Below, one piece after another: positions 13,398-24,529 of a DNA stretch of 64,000 nt; the stretch's first letter is position 1, and each line of letters opens with the position of its first letter. The stretch comes from Selaginella moellendorffii (lineage: Eukaryota > Plantae > Lycopodiophyta), in contig NW_003314286.1 in NCBI RefSeq assembly GCF_000143415.4, positions 1,363,718 to 1,427,717 on the forward strand. The letters are read 5' to 3'. The notes under the pieces are model-generated. The model was given only the letters and a program-made list of their open reading frames with translations. It made no database searches and was not told where the DNA came from. The position numbers and the translations under genes are program-made.

Positions 13398-16071
13398 CTT
13401 GTTATAAAAATAAACTTGAAAAATAAATATTAGATAAACTAGTGTTAAATGAACCCCTTGATAGTACTCCTGAAAGGGTCACTAATTTATTTAAACAAAG
13501 ACCCTTTACTACTTGTATGATTTTTCATTTCTTAGAAGAATCTTTATGTCAAAACTTTCTATTGCAATAGCACCAATAAGTCATTGTTAACACAAAGACC
13601 ACCACCCAAGAAATGGAGAATGTTAATCCAAAAATATCAAGAACACTTATATATGTGGCCAACTTTATCACATACCGAACACCAAATATTATAGCCACAA
13701 CCATATCCTCATCTTAGCCTTTAAACATAAGTAACAGCAGCTTTATTGAAATATGTCTATCTCCCACCAATAGTGGAGCTGAAATACATGCAATAACAAG
13801 TGGAACAAATGATATCTTATAACATTGTGTAAGTTGAAGAATATTGTCAAGGGTGGCAGAAGAAAGTACATGCATTAGTCCTACAAAATTTTGATGAAGT
13901 GTTGGCCACAACAGTCCTAATTTGGTATAAATGAATTTATATTATAGTTTTTCTTTACCAATTTATTAGTTTACCTTGTTTGGCCTTAATTAAGTTCCTT
14001 TGTTAAGGTTCTCGCCTTGTACCAATTATTACTTTGTCCTACTTGGATTTAATCTTGGATTCAATTACTCACTACACAAATAATGAGGTGTTAACCTCCA
14101 TTTACAAATTCCAAACTCTCTCTCCCCCTAAGTTAAATTAAATTTAAGGTTTGGCTACACTTCTTGCATTCATAAGTAGCCAAGCATATCAAACTTTTAA
14201 ATTTCTAACATCCCTTGATACAACAAAACTTTGATTATAAAACCTTTTAAATTCCAAACCTTAAATACATTTTATACTTCAGAACCTTAAGGGAAAACAT
14301 TGTGGCTTAATGGCTTGATATGGGTACCTTTTACTCTCCCACCTTTATCCCAAAGGGAAAGCTTAAACTTTTAGAAAGGAGCAAGGATTAATAGGCTATA
14401 TAATACTTAAATGGAGCACCACTTTACTTAAGTTATAAGCATTATAATCAATTTCCCTTCCTTTATTTTTTAACACTTTTTTGAGAGGCATCTTTGGCAC
14501 CCCTAGAGTCCATATTCACTCACACCCAAGGACACTAAACCTTAGTCCTAACCTTAATTTAATTTGAAAGCATGATTAGAGTTCAAGATTAAGTCTTTAG
14601 CCTCCCTATCATTATTACATTTTTGGAACCCCTTGTCATCTCTTACCCCCCCCTAAAAAAAAAAAATCTAATCAAATATAAAGATTAATAGCAAGGCAAG
14701 AGGAGTTGTTCCATATGTAATTAATGCCACCATCAATTAAGTTTAATTGTTTAACAACAACTATATGGCATTGAGAAAATGCACTAATTACTATTCCAAA
14801 GTCAAAGGATGAGGAGGCTGTTACTCCACCATGATAATGAATGAAAAAAAGAAAAAAATTGAAAAGATAAAAGAAAATAAAAATCTATACAATATAAAAA
14901 CTACATTCAAATTAAAAACACGATTTTAAATAATTTTCAGGATAATCAAAATTGCCCCTTATATTCACCAATGTGAGTGTATAAAATATAGAAATGGAAT
15001 ATAAAATATGTATATTCAATTAATCCCAAAACCATAATTTATATGCAAAAGCGAGTGGTCCAAATTGAAACCAATCCAATAATTATTAAAAATCTACTAC
15101 ATTAATATTAATATACACACAATTGGACCTTATAGTGTTAATTATTTAGCTTCACTTTATTTTTAATTAAATATAATAATTAATTTAATATATTATTATA
15201 AACTATTTTTAAAAAAAAATAATTTGTATTGATTTTTTATTAACTGTATATGCTCAGCAAAACCACTTCTTATAACTATCACTTGATAGAGCCCTCCAAA
15301 AGAAGCACATTAGCATGACTATAGAGGAAGTTGAGGGAAGATAAATTTTGAACTTACATTTTAAATTGTAACATTGAAATAGCCTCTTTAACAAAAAAAA
15401 ACTTTTAAATTTATCATATATCTTAATGAAAAGTGCATTTTTCTCACTTGAAATTATGAACCAAACCAAGGCTATTGAAACAAATATTTGCTATTAAGAA
15501 GGATGGCATTAAAAAATCAAAAAAGTATTCACATTTAAGTGTTTTTACTTCTTAGTGGTAACTTAACTACTTTTATTAATATATATTTGTTATTGCTACT
15601 AAGGCATAGTTACAATACTTGGAAAGGGTGGCTGTTTAGAGGTGGGATTCTTTAATACTCCACTTACAGTGTGAGTGAGGCCTTTTAGTTTAAGGCCAAC
15701 ATCTAGCTCAATAAGCATGTTATGTGGCTTGACACAACCCATCCTAAGATTTGCCCAATGCTTGCATCCATCAACAATTGGTATAACTCCTAACCAATGC
15801 CAGCATCCCTGTGCCTAATGTGCTAAGTGCCTAGTAGACAGCTTCTCATTAGCATAAAATTTCTTGTGTGACAACTAAATCTATAGTTTTAAATCAGAAT
15901 AAAAAGGAGAATATGCTTAAAGCCCTAGATAATCTTTTATATTTTATTTTAATTCAAGGTAGGTTCGTTTGGTAAACTAATTTTTAGATTTGATTTTAAT
16001 TTGAATTTAACAATATTTGATATTGTAAGATATTTATAAAAGTTCATAATCTGTTTATACTAGTTTCAAAA

Positions 16072-17787
16072 ATGAAGTTTAATATTTACACGAGTGCATT
16101 TTTTCTTTTCTATTTTATTATTCGAATTGTTTCTCACAACATTTCTGGAACCATAACATTTGGTGATTCATCACTAGATGTTGGTATAAATAATTACTTA
16201 AATGCTGCACCTACAAGCCATTGTAATAATCCTCCCTATGGTAGGATTTTTGATACTGGAAAGCCCAGTGGAAGATTTAGTGATGGAGAACTAATAAGTG
16301 ACATAATTAGTAATCAAATCTAACTTTCTTTCTATTATTGATAGTCTATTTTTGTGAAGCAAAAATGTTGGGATTGCCATCGAGTTTCTGAAAGCTTCCT
16401 TGGAATGTGCAACAGGCTGCCTCCACAAGCTCTTGGAGCGAAGACATACCAACGTAGAAAGCTCTGCCAGAATTATAGGTGCTCAAGCGAGAACGCAGTC
16501 GAGGAGGAGGTGGCGGTCGCGCTGCCAGACGAGGAGGCAGCGGAGGAATCCATCGCCACCTTGGGTGGCGGCGGAAGCAGCACCGCCAAATTCCTGCATC
16601 TCCCGGTACATTTCCAGCGACCGGTCGGGATGCCCGGTTTGGGCATATGCTGCTACCATCGCCGACCACGTCGCGACGTTCCTCTCCTCCATCTCCGCAC
16701 CTTCCATATCCATGCCTAGAGAACAGTCCAGTCTTGAGCTGAGCTCATAGGTGAAAGCGAGAAGGTGATACATACTTGACAATGCCTGTCAGTAGCTTGC
16801 GGTCTTGCTCTTCTTTCCAAACTTTGGTCTCTTTCAGGGCCGCGTATTTATTGTAAGCGACGCTGGGGAATAGCGACGTGGAAGGATTCTCGTTCAGATT
16901 TTTCACCTGTTAAGGACCTTCCATTACCTTATTTAGATCCAACAGCTAAAGGGGACAATTTGAAATTTGGCATAAGTTTTGCGTCAGGAGGACCTGGACT
17001 ATTAAATTCTACATCAGAGTTACAAAATGTTGCAAAAGTTAATCTTCAAATATCTTGGTTTAGAGAATATAAGGATAAGCTTAAAATAGTTTTGGGCACT
17101 GAACAAAAAGCAACCCAATTTCTTAATGATGCTCTTTATTTTATTGGAGAGGGATCAAATGATTATGCTTTCAAGTCATTAAATCTAGCAGAAAGTCTAA
17201 CAAGCATAGAAGATTTTAGAAATAAACTTATATCTAATTATAAAACCTATATAGAGGTAAGCATATAAATTTTACATTTAGATTCTAAAAGGTTCCTCTC
17301 AGGATATTTATTCAATTGGTGGGCGAAAGTTTGTAATCTATGGTTTAACACCCATTGGTTGTTCTCCTGGATTGATTACTTATAATCCTTTAACAAGGAG
17401 TTGTGTTGATTTCTTAAACAATCAAGCACAAGAATTTAATGCATATTTAGTCCAGCTATCCAAGGAACTACCTGGATCCCAATTCATATACCTTGATAAC
17501 TATGCTATTTTCATGGATATTATTCAAAATAAATTCAAATATGGTAAGATGTTACTTATTTAGATCTAAGTCTTTATCTTTCTTCAGGATTTCAAGTAAT
17601 AAACCGAGGTTGCTGTGGAACTGGACTTATAGAATTTGGCCAGCTTTGCAACCCACTTGTTGGTGCATGTGACGATGGTTCATTATATGTCTATTTTGAT
17701 GCAGCCCATGGAAGCCTTGCAACATATAATATAACTGCAACAAAACTTAGAGCTCAGCTTGAATCTGAATTTGGAGTTATGTTTTAA
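16072..17787 (+). CDS. GDSL esterase/lipase; exon 2 interrupted by a ~540 bp insertion (possibly a pseudogene)
   Basis: Signal peptide, FGDSSLDVG, PYG...GRFSDG, FASGG, GSNDY, PIGCSP, CCGTG and FDAAH blocks. The exon-2 sequence KMLGLP|FPLPYLDP is split. Confidence 0.8.
16381..16918. other. Chimeric GC-rich insertion containing a PPR-gene fragment (minus strand)
   Basis: Minus-strand MEERNVATWSAMVAAYAQTGHPDRSLEMYREM is a PPR motif. Sharp GC contrast with the AT-rich GDSL exons. Removing the insert restores TTG CCA TTT CCA TTA CCT TAT. Confidence 0.75.
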
Positions 17788-17929
17788 CTCAACGCTGTAA
17801 GTTTTTATTTTTAAGCATGCCCATGGCCTGCAATGTATACCTGGTTGGATTCCTAGCATCTCCGCTTTTTTTGGTTTCTTTTTTCTTTTTTTATTGTGAC
17901 TAAAATTGATGTATACAGTCGACCCATAA

Positions 17930-20134
17930 TCAGTTTTTATTTTTGAGTTTAACTACCAAACGTGCGGTTTCTTTTCCACATCCCAATTCCTCCTGAGTAA
18001 CACAAGCTCCTATATAAGTTGTCCAGGCAACCCGATCGGCCTCAAAAGGCATGTTTTCAATCAGATCCCGTGCCTCATCCAGTTTGCCAACCCTTCCATA
18101 CAAATCAATCAAGCACATGTAATGGTCCACCAGGGCCTCGATATTGTGATCGCCAACCATGGAGACAAAATAACTACAACCATCATCCAAAAGCCCTGCA
18201 TGGCTACAACCAAAGAGAATGCTGATGAAGCTGACTTGGTTGGGGAGCATCCCATCCAGGATCATCTCTTTAAACACATCCCCACCATCACAACCATGTC
18301 CTTGCTGGGCATATGCCACCACCATCGCTGTCCAGCAAACAATGTCCTTGTCGCGAATCTCGTCGAAAAGTCGCTTCGCATCTTGCAAGTTTCCATACTT
18401 CCCGTACAAGTTGATGAGCGCGGTTCTCGTCACCAGATTCTGCGTGGCTCCGGTCGAGAGCATCCGATCGTGAATCGCCTTTCCCTGCGAGAGCCCGTTG
18501 CAGATCGAGCACGCTGTCAAGAGGTTCGCGAAGCTCGTCTGGTTGAGCTTGAGGCCCTCCAAGTCCATTTCGCGGTGGATCTCGAATGCTTCCTTGCTTC
18601 GACCGCATTGTAACAGCGCTGTGGCCATGGCGTTCCACAGGGCGATGTTGTGGCGAGCGCCTGGGATGGACTTGAGAACTTGGCGAGCATCGCAGCCTCG
18701 ATCGCTCCGACCGTACATGCCAACCAGAGAAATGGCTGCCACCACGTCGAGCTTGGTTCCAGCCTCCATCATCCTCTTGTGTATCTTGATGCCCTCGCAA
18801 ATACCACAAGCGTCCAGGATGGAGGCAAAGCTTGCGGCATCCGGTCGGATGCCCTCCAAGTCAAGCCCACGAAACAAAACCCACGCTCGCTGGAAATCCC
18901 CACTCTGGGCATAAGCTGCGATCATCGTGTTCCACGAAACCACGTCGCGTTTCTCTAACTGATCAAAAATGGCTTTTGCGTTGCAAACACTGCCACCTTT
19001 AGCGTGCATGCTGATCAAGCTATTGCCGAGAAACAAATCCGACTTTAAGAGCCCAGAAGCAGCGATCCTCTCGTTTAGAGCCAGCCTTTCCGATCGATGT
19101 AAGCTCGAGCAAGCCTCGATAAGAATAAGATAAGTCACCCTACTCGGGGGCGTGCCTTCCAGATTCATATAGTTGAAAAGGTGGGCTGCCTCGTGGCTGT
19201 AACCATTGTGGGCATAGGCCGAGATCATCGAATTCCAAGCTATGGTGTCTCTCTTCTCTAAGGATTCAAACGCTTCCCAGGATTGTTTCACGGATCCACA
19301 TTTTCCATACATGTTGACGATCGAGCTCTCCACGACACTGTCAGCCTCCATTCCAAAGGATAGCACGTATCTGCGATGAATCTTTTCACCCAGGATCGAG
19401 CTTTGGAGACGAGAGCAAGCATCCAAGAGTATGACAAATGTAACGCTGGTAAGTTTCACACCCTCTAGATCCATTCTCCACAAGAGCTGGAGAGCTTTTT
19501 GCGGATGCCCGTTTTGGGCATATGCTGTCATGAGAGAGTTCCAGGAGACAGTATCCCTGAGAGAAAATCGGAAGAACACTGCCGTGGCCTCGTCCAATCT
19601 TCCCTTCTTTCCATACATGTTGACGAGGGTGTTGCCAATCACGGCGTTGGAATCCATCCCAGACGCAAGAATTCTGCCGTGGATCGCGATGCCCCTGGTG
19701 AGATCCCCAATCCTCGCGCAAATCGCCACGACCGAGCTGAGAACGAACGCATCCGGCTTCACACCCTCGAGCTCCATCTTCCAGAAGAGCTCCAGCGCCT
19801 GGACATCGCGATTCTCCTTGGCATAGGCGGAGATGATGAGCGTAAAGGAGAAGACATTGGGCTCCAGGATCTGATCGAAGACAGCGCGGGCATGATCGAG
19901 GCTGTGACACCGGCCATACATTTGGATGAGGAGATTGGCAACGAATGTGATCTTGTGGTGGCCACAGCGGACGATGTGAGCGTGGACACGCTGACCTTGG
20001 AGTAGCGAGTTGGAGCTGCCGCATTCCTTGAGGAGAAGCTCGTAGCTGCGAAATTCCACGCGCTGTTGCTGTTCAAGCCAGTCGATTGCGTGAGGCAGCC
20101 CATGATCTAGGCTTGGAACGAGTGTTTCTGTCAT
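17930..20134 (-). CDS. PLS-class pentatricopeptide repeat protein (organellar RNA-editing factor type), intronless, ending in a partial E domain with no DYW
   Basis: Repeated ..NxLIxMYGKCGS...A..VF......VVSWNxMIxAYAQ motifs. Ends CSHAG...HYMCLIDLYGRVGKL..A..LIENMPFE.D.VAW. Confidence 0.92.
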   Translation of the reverse strand: MTETLVPSLDHGLPHAIDWLEQQQRVEFRSYELLLKECGSSNSLLQGQRVHAHIVRCGHHKITFVANLLIQMYGRCHSLDHARAVFDQILEPNVFSFTLIISAYAKENRDVQALELFWKMELEGVKPDAFVLSSVVAICARIGDLTRGIAIHGRILASGMDSNAVIGNTLVNMYGKKGRLDEATAVFFRFSLRDTVSWNSLMTAYAQNGHPQKALQLLWRMDLEGVKLTSVTFVILLDACSRLQSSILGEKIHRRYVLSFGMEADSVVESSIVNMYGKCGSVKQSWEAFESLEKRDTIAWNSMISAYAHNGYSHEAAHLFNYMNLEGTPPSRVTYLILIEACSSLHRSERLALNERIAASGLLKSDLFLGNSLISMHAKGGSVCNAKAIFDQLEKRDVVSWNTMIAAYAQSGDFQRAWVLFRGLDLEGIRPDAASFASILDACGICEGIKIHKRMMEAGTKLDVVAAISLVGMYGRSDRGCDARQVLKSIPGARHNIALWNAMATALLQCGRSKEAFEIHREMDLEGLKLNQTSFANLLTACSICNGLSQGKAIHDRMLSTGATQNLVTRTALINLYGKYGNLQDAKRLFDEIRDKDIVCWTAMVVAYAQQGHGCDGGDVFKEMILDGMLPNQVSFISILFGCSHAGLLDDGCSYFVSMVGDHNIEALVDHYMCLIDLYGRVGKLDEARDLIENMPFEADRVAWTTYIGACVTQEELGCGKETARLVVKLKNKN

Positions 20135-20188
20135 ACCCTAAACCACTCCCGCGCTATTTAAAATTTATCAAAAAAGACCAAAAGATAT

Positions 20189-20261
20189 TGGAGGTGAGGG
20201 GCATCGATCCCCTTACCTATCGCATGCGAAGCGATCGCTCTACCATTTGAGCTACACCCCC
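20189..20261 (-). tRNA. tRNA-Ala (anticodon CGC)
   Basis: Reverse complement GGGGGTGTAGCTCAAATGGTAGAGCGATCGCTTCGCATGCGATAGGTAAGGGGATCGATGCCCCTCACCTCCA forms a cloverleaf, followed by T-runs. Confidence 0.93.
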
Positions 20262-20336
20262 TTTACAATATGAAATATAATAATAACTTTAAAATTAATT
20301 TATTAATGATAATAGTAAATATATGAAATTATGCAA

Positions 20337-20408
20337 AGGTCCTACCGAGATTTGAACTCGGGCTACTGGATTCAGAGTCCAATGTCCTGACCACTAGACC
20401 ATAGGACC
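20337..20408 (-). tRNA. tRNA-Gln (anticodon CTG)
   Basis: Reverse complement GGTCCTATGGTCTAGTGGTCAGGACATTGGACTCTGAATCCAGTAGCCCGAGTTCAAATCTCGGTAGGACCT. Confidence 0.93.
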
Positions 20409-20859
20409 AGTTTCATATTGTATTTAATCAATTAAGATAATCCAACCAGCTAACAAAAATTTCAATTCTGGAGGATCAATCTCCGATGGTAAAGCGATGT
20501 TGGTTAGCAAGAAGGGCAAGGTAGAAAATCTGAACCAGCAAGAAGTAGACTTTCCATTGGGCTTCTTGTAGTTTTCTTACTACTACACAAGAAATGAAAG
20601 GGAAAAGAGTAAAAGACTGCTGCTCTGGGGCAAAGTCTTCTATCCTAGCACAATTCATATGTAGGGGCATGTAATGAACAGCGAGCAAGATTCACAAGGA
20701 ACCTGAAGTTCACGCCCTGCATCCCATATGTGATGAAATTTGGTTCAAAATGATTGAAAGAATATAAAGCATTTGGTAACTTTTGAAACAATTTTGAAGG
20801 ACCAAACTAACATTAGCATTTATCCAAATTATAAATGCTCAACATAAAATTTCAGCAAA

Positions 20860-20911
20860 TGGAGGCGAGGGGCATGCAAAGCGATTGCTCTACCATCTGA
20901 GCTACACCTCT
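20860..20911 (-). pseudogene. tRNA-Ala(TGC) pseudogene with an internal deletion
   Basis: Aligns to the 20189 tRNA-Ala but lacks the segment between two GCAT repeats (most of the T-arm and variable region). Confidence 0.75.
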
Positions 20912-20979
20912 TTTGAGATTATACTCACATAATAACAAAAAAAAGTATCAACTACATTTTCTTTCTTCAATCAATAAAA

Positions 20980-21013
20980 TGGAAGCGAGGGGCGTCAATC
21001 CCCTTACACCCCC
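20980..21013 (-). pseudogene. tRNA-Ala pseudogene remnant (anticodon and D arms deleted)
   Basis: tggaagcgaggggcgtcaatccccttac joined directly to accccc; deletion between TAC repeats. Confidence 0.6.
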
Positions 21014-21070
21014 TTTCAGAGATTGTACTCTAATACTTAATTTATATCAGCAATCTCATGCATCATCAAA

Positions 21071-21121
21071 TGGAAGTGGCATTGATCACCTTATCGCATG
21101 CAAAGCGATCACTCTACCATC
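21071..21121 (-). pseudogene. Degenerate tRNA-Ala(TGC) copy
   Basis: atcgcatgcaaagcgatcactctaccatc matches the anticodon/D arm of tRNA-Ala. Confidence 0.6.
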
Positions 21122-21203
21122 CCTTCTCTCTCCTAATCCAATATAACAAGAAATTTCAATAAACATCTTGCATTTAACAAAGAGGGTTTAGGGTTCTTGC
21201 GAG

Positions 21204-21818
21204 ATGGCGAGGAGGAAGAAAAGGAAGCGGGCGAATGCAAGCGGTCGACCAGAGGTAGCTCCTTCCATTGATGCCTTAAATGCGCGGGACGATCAGCAAT
21301 CCAAGCAAATGGTCGTTTACGCCGACACGTCCGGTTTCCTTGGGCGCCAAGAAGAGGAAGCAAAAGAGGGTCAAGAAGTGAAAGAGGAAGAGGTGTTGAT
21401 GTTGGAGCTAAACCCAGTATCAGATCCAGTAGAAGAAGACGATGACGACGACGACGACGAAGAAGAAGAAGAAGACGACGAAGAAGAACAACTCCCAGGC
21501 TCGAGCAAACGATCGCCCAGTCGCTCCAAGGCTCTGAAAAGGACGAGGACGTACAAGACCGGCATCTATCCGTGCAGCATTTGCGAGCGAGTTTTCAAGT
21601 ATAGTTGGCACCTCAAGAACCATCAGCTCGTCCACTCCGATGAGGTAACTTGCCACTTCGCCTCGGATCTGGTCTAAATCGTTGGTTGATTTCGCTAGAG
21701 ACGCTTCCGGTGCCAGTTCCCTGGCTGCGATCGAACGTACAAGCGGAGGGGCGATGTCAACGTACACATGAAAAGGAGCCATCGGCTGTCTGTCCGCAAG
21801 AGAATCAAGTCGTCGTAG
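21204..21818 (+). CDS. Small C2H2 zinc-finger protein (basic NLS, acidic tract, two fingers; 2 exons)
   Basis: YPCSICERVFKYSWHLKNHQLVHSDE | intron | RRFRCQFPGCDRTYKRRGDVNVHMKRSH...SS*. Confidence 0.75.
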
Positions 21819-22039
21819 AAGTTCCAAGAGCTCCTGAAAGTTTATTACGAAGATCCACTATTCGTACGTACTTCTGTAGCTAGGATTGTTTTCCTGACGA
21901 AACTAGCGTTTCATTCAGCTTGTAGGGAGATTCTAGAGTGAGCGAGCACACCAGGGATGGGACTTCGTCACCTGCGAGGGGAAGCAGCTGTTATAGTCTT
22001 TAGAGAAATCAAAACACTCTTCTTCTTACCTTCTTGACA

Positions 22040-22663
22040 CTAGACTTTGTCAGCCTCCGGTGGTGTGGCATTTCGGTCGCTGAAATCTCCGTCCTGCGTC
22101 CACTTGCCATACTTCTCTCGCATCTTCCGGTTGAGCTCCGCGGCATGGCTGTCGTTGGCCTTGGCAGAGCGAGCCTCGGACTCCTCCTGGACCTTGGCCA
22201 GCTCCTGGGCCCTGTGCGCGTTCTTGGACTCGAGATCCTCGTAGAAGTTCTCGTAGCTGCAGTGGTGGACGATGAAGGCCAGCACCAGGACCATCATCTG
22301 TACGCACAGCATGATCATGAAGAGGATGGCGTCGACCCGCATGAGAATTCTCGTGTTGTCGACGCTCCGCTTGGACTTGAGGTGCTGCTCGACCAGCTCC
22401 TGCTTGATGAAAAGCGCCAGGGAGCCGGATCCAAGGCCGCCCATGGAGAGGCCCAGCGCCAGGAAGTGGTATGAGAAGCAGCTGTCGAAGGGGAAGCAGC
22501 CCAAGAGCCCCGAGAGGAAGGTGAGCGCAGCAACGAGGATGAATCCCCAGCCCGCCCACGTCGGATTCAGCCGGATGGCGACGATCGCCGCGACGGAGAC
22601 GATGGCGCCGATCATGACGAAGTAATTGAGGAAGCGCAGGAACTTCCTGAGGCACACCGCCAT
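22040..22663 (-). CDS. Four-transmembrane tetraspanin/TOM2A-like membrane protein
   Basis: Four hydrophobic segments, G.LGC, and a C-terminal coiled region ending KMREKYGK. Intronless with GC3-rich codon usage. Confidence 0.65.
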   Translation of the reverse strand: MAVCLRKFLRFLNYFVMIGAIVSVAAIVAIRLNPTWAGWGFILVAALTFLSGLLGCFPFDSCFSYHFLALGLSMGGLGSGSLALFIKQELVEQHLKSKRSVDNTRILMRVDAILFMIMLCVQMMVLVLAFIVHHCSYENFYEDLESKNAHRAQELAKVQEESEARSAKANDSHAAELNRKMREKYGKWTQDGDFSDRNATPPEADKV

Positions 22664-23262
22664 GCTCCCCCGTCCAGGGCGGCGAGAGTTACCCCCGCCG
22701 TGGAGCTTATGTAGCTTGTGTTGGAAATCGAGCGTCATGGTATCTCACAGTGGAAAAGAAAGGATTTTCCCGGTCTGCAAGAAGATTTCCATTAGTTCTC
22801 GAGAAGACCAAGCGGCAAAACGGAGAAATCCGTGGCAAGGAGGAACATTTTGGAAATGCGGCAGTGCAGGGGACGATTTCCAAGAGAATCTCGAGATGAA
22901 AGGAAAGAGGACAAGCAAGAAGCGCCTAGATCCACCTAAATCCTTGCAAGAAAGCGCGAGCGCATGCCATACCTCTAGATCTTGGAGCCGAACCCTTGAC
23001 GAGAATTCTCCTTCGCAAGCGCGGATCTCCTCTCTCTCAACTAAGAGCCCTAAAAAGAAACGCTCTCTATCCTAGCCGTTGGAAGGGAGACGTTTAAACC
23101 ATGGAGAATCATTTGAAATGCTAGGGTTTATGATACTCTGGTTCTAGGGCTTGTTGCTGGCGATGGAATCACGCGGCAAATTCGTGGGCGGTAGAATCAC
23201 CAGGCATGGCCAAGATTCCAGTGCGATGCTCCAAGAAGTCATGGATTTGAGAACCCATCTCT

Positions 23263-24344
23263 CTATTTCTTCTTTTTGGCTTTGGCTTTGGTCTTTTGCT
23301 GGACGGGCCTGCCTCCGCCCTTGGCGCCCTTGACGTTCCACTTCCCCGACTTGCGCTTCTTGGGAGGCTTGACGGCGTCGTCCTTGAAAGGCATTCCCAG
23401 CAGCGAGAGCAGCCGCTGCCCCTCCTTGTCCGAATTCGCGCTCGTGCAAATGGCGACGTCGAATCCGCGCTGCTGGTCGATGCTCTCGAACTTGATCTCC
23501 GGGAACACGCTCTGGTCGCTGATGCCAACGTTGTAGTTGCCCTTGCCGTCGAAGCTGTAGGGGCTGACGCCTTGAAAGTCCCTCGTTCGGGGAAACGCTA
23601 GATTCACGAGCCTGTCCAGGAACGAGTACATCACCTGATTATCGACAAAGAAAACAGCCACAACTGTAAGCTTGCGAAGAACTAAAGCTCACTTCTCTCT
23701 CGGGAATCAGAATTCACAAAAGAAGAACACTCACCTCTCCCCGGAGAGTGACCGCGATTCCAACTGGGACGTCCTTCCTCAGCTTGAAGGCAGCCACGGC
23801 TTTCTTCGCACGGGTCACGATTGGTTTCTGTCCCGTGATGAGCGAGAGGTCCTTTTGCATGGCCTCGAGGATCTTGGCATTTTGAGCACCTTCTCCATTG
23901 CCACAGTTCACGACGATCTTATTGAGCTTTGGTACCTGAAAGAAGAAAACATCCTGTTTAGAGATGGTGAAGAAGAAAGCAAAGAAGAACAAAACAATGT
24001 AGAACGCTAAGAAAATACCACAAGGCTAAGAGTAAAAAACTTACTTGGAGCGTGTTTGTGTAGCTAAATTCTTCCATCATGGCCGGCACAACCTTGTCCA
24101 GGTACTGCGATTTCAATCTCTGGACTTGCTTTGCAGCTGGAGTGGGCGATTCCGCGGCGGCCTCCTCCGCCACGGCTGTGGATGCTCGCACGGCGCGAAA
24201 TCTGGATGCTAGGCGATGCCGCCGCGGCCAAATGCGAATGCTCACGCTTACCGCCTGGCCGCCGCGCAGGAATTCCTTGTCCGCGGTGCCAATGCCGCCG
24301 CCTCCGCCCGCCAAGGACGCCACACACACGCCGTATGCCGCCAT
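23263..24344 (-). CDS. RPL5: Plastid 50S ribosomal protein L5 (nuclear-encoded, 3 exons)
   Basis: Transit peptide, [41 protein letters not shown]...FDGKGNY. Confidence 0.93.
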
Positions 24345-24529
24345 AGCCGCGCTTTCAAACCTATTCCATCGTCGTTTTGAGATAAACCCATTGTCTTATT
24401 TTCTCCTGTACATATTCTTGTCCTAGTATTATTTCTATTGTCTCCTTGATTCTTTCGCACGGAATTCACGTCCTTGGCACCTTGGCAGCACATTCTTTGA
24501 AGAAATCATTCAGGTGTTCTTCGAAGAAT

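Noticed and set aside
13560-15860. Possible decayed LINE fragments in the AT-rich island
   Set aside because: No diagnostic motif could be recovered.
16874-16897. 14 nt identity (ggattctcgttcag) between the GDSL insert and an SCL exon at ~26393-26406
   Set aside because: Matches of this length are expected by chance in 64 kb and it does not extend convincingly.
16380-16918. Helitron origin of the GDSL insert (A^TC start)
   Set aside because: No 3' CTRR end or subterminal hairpin was found.
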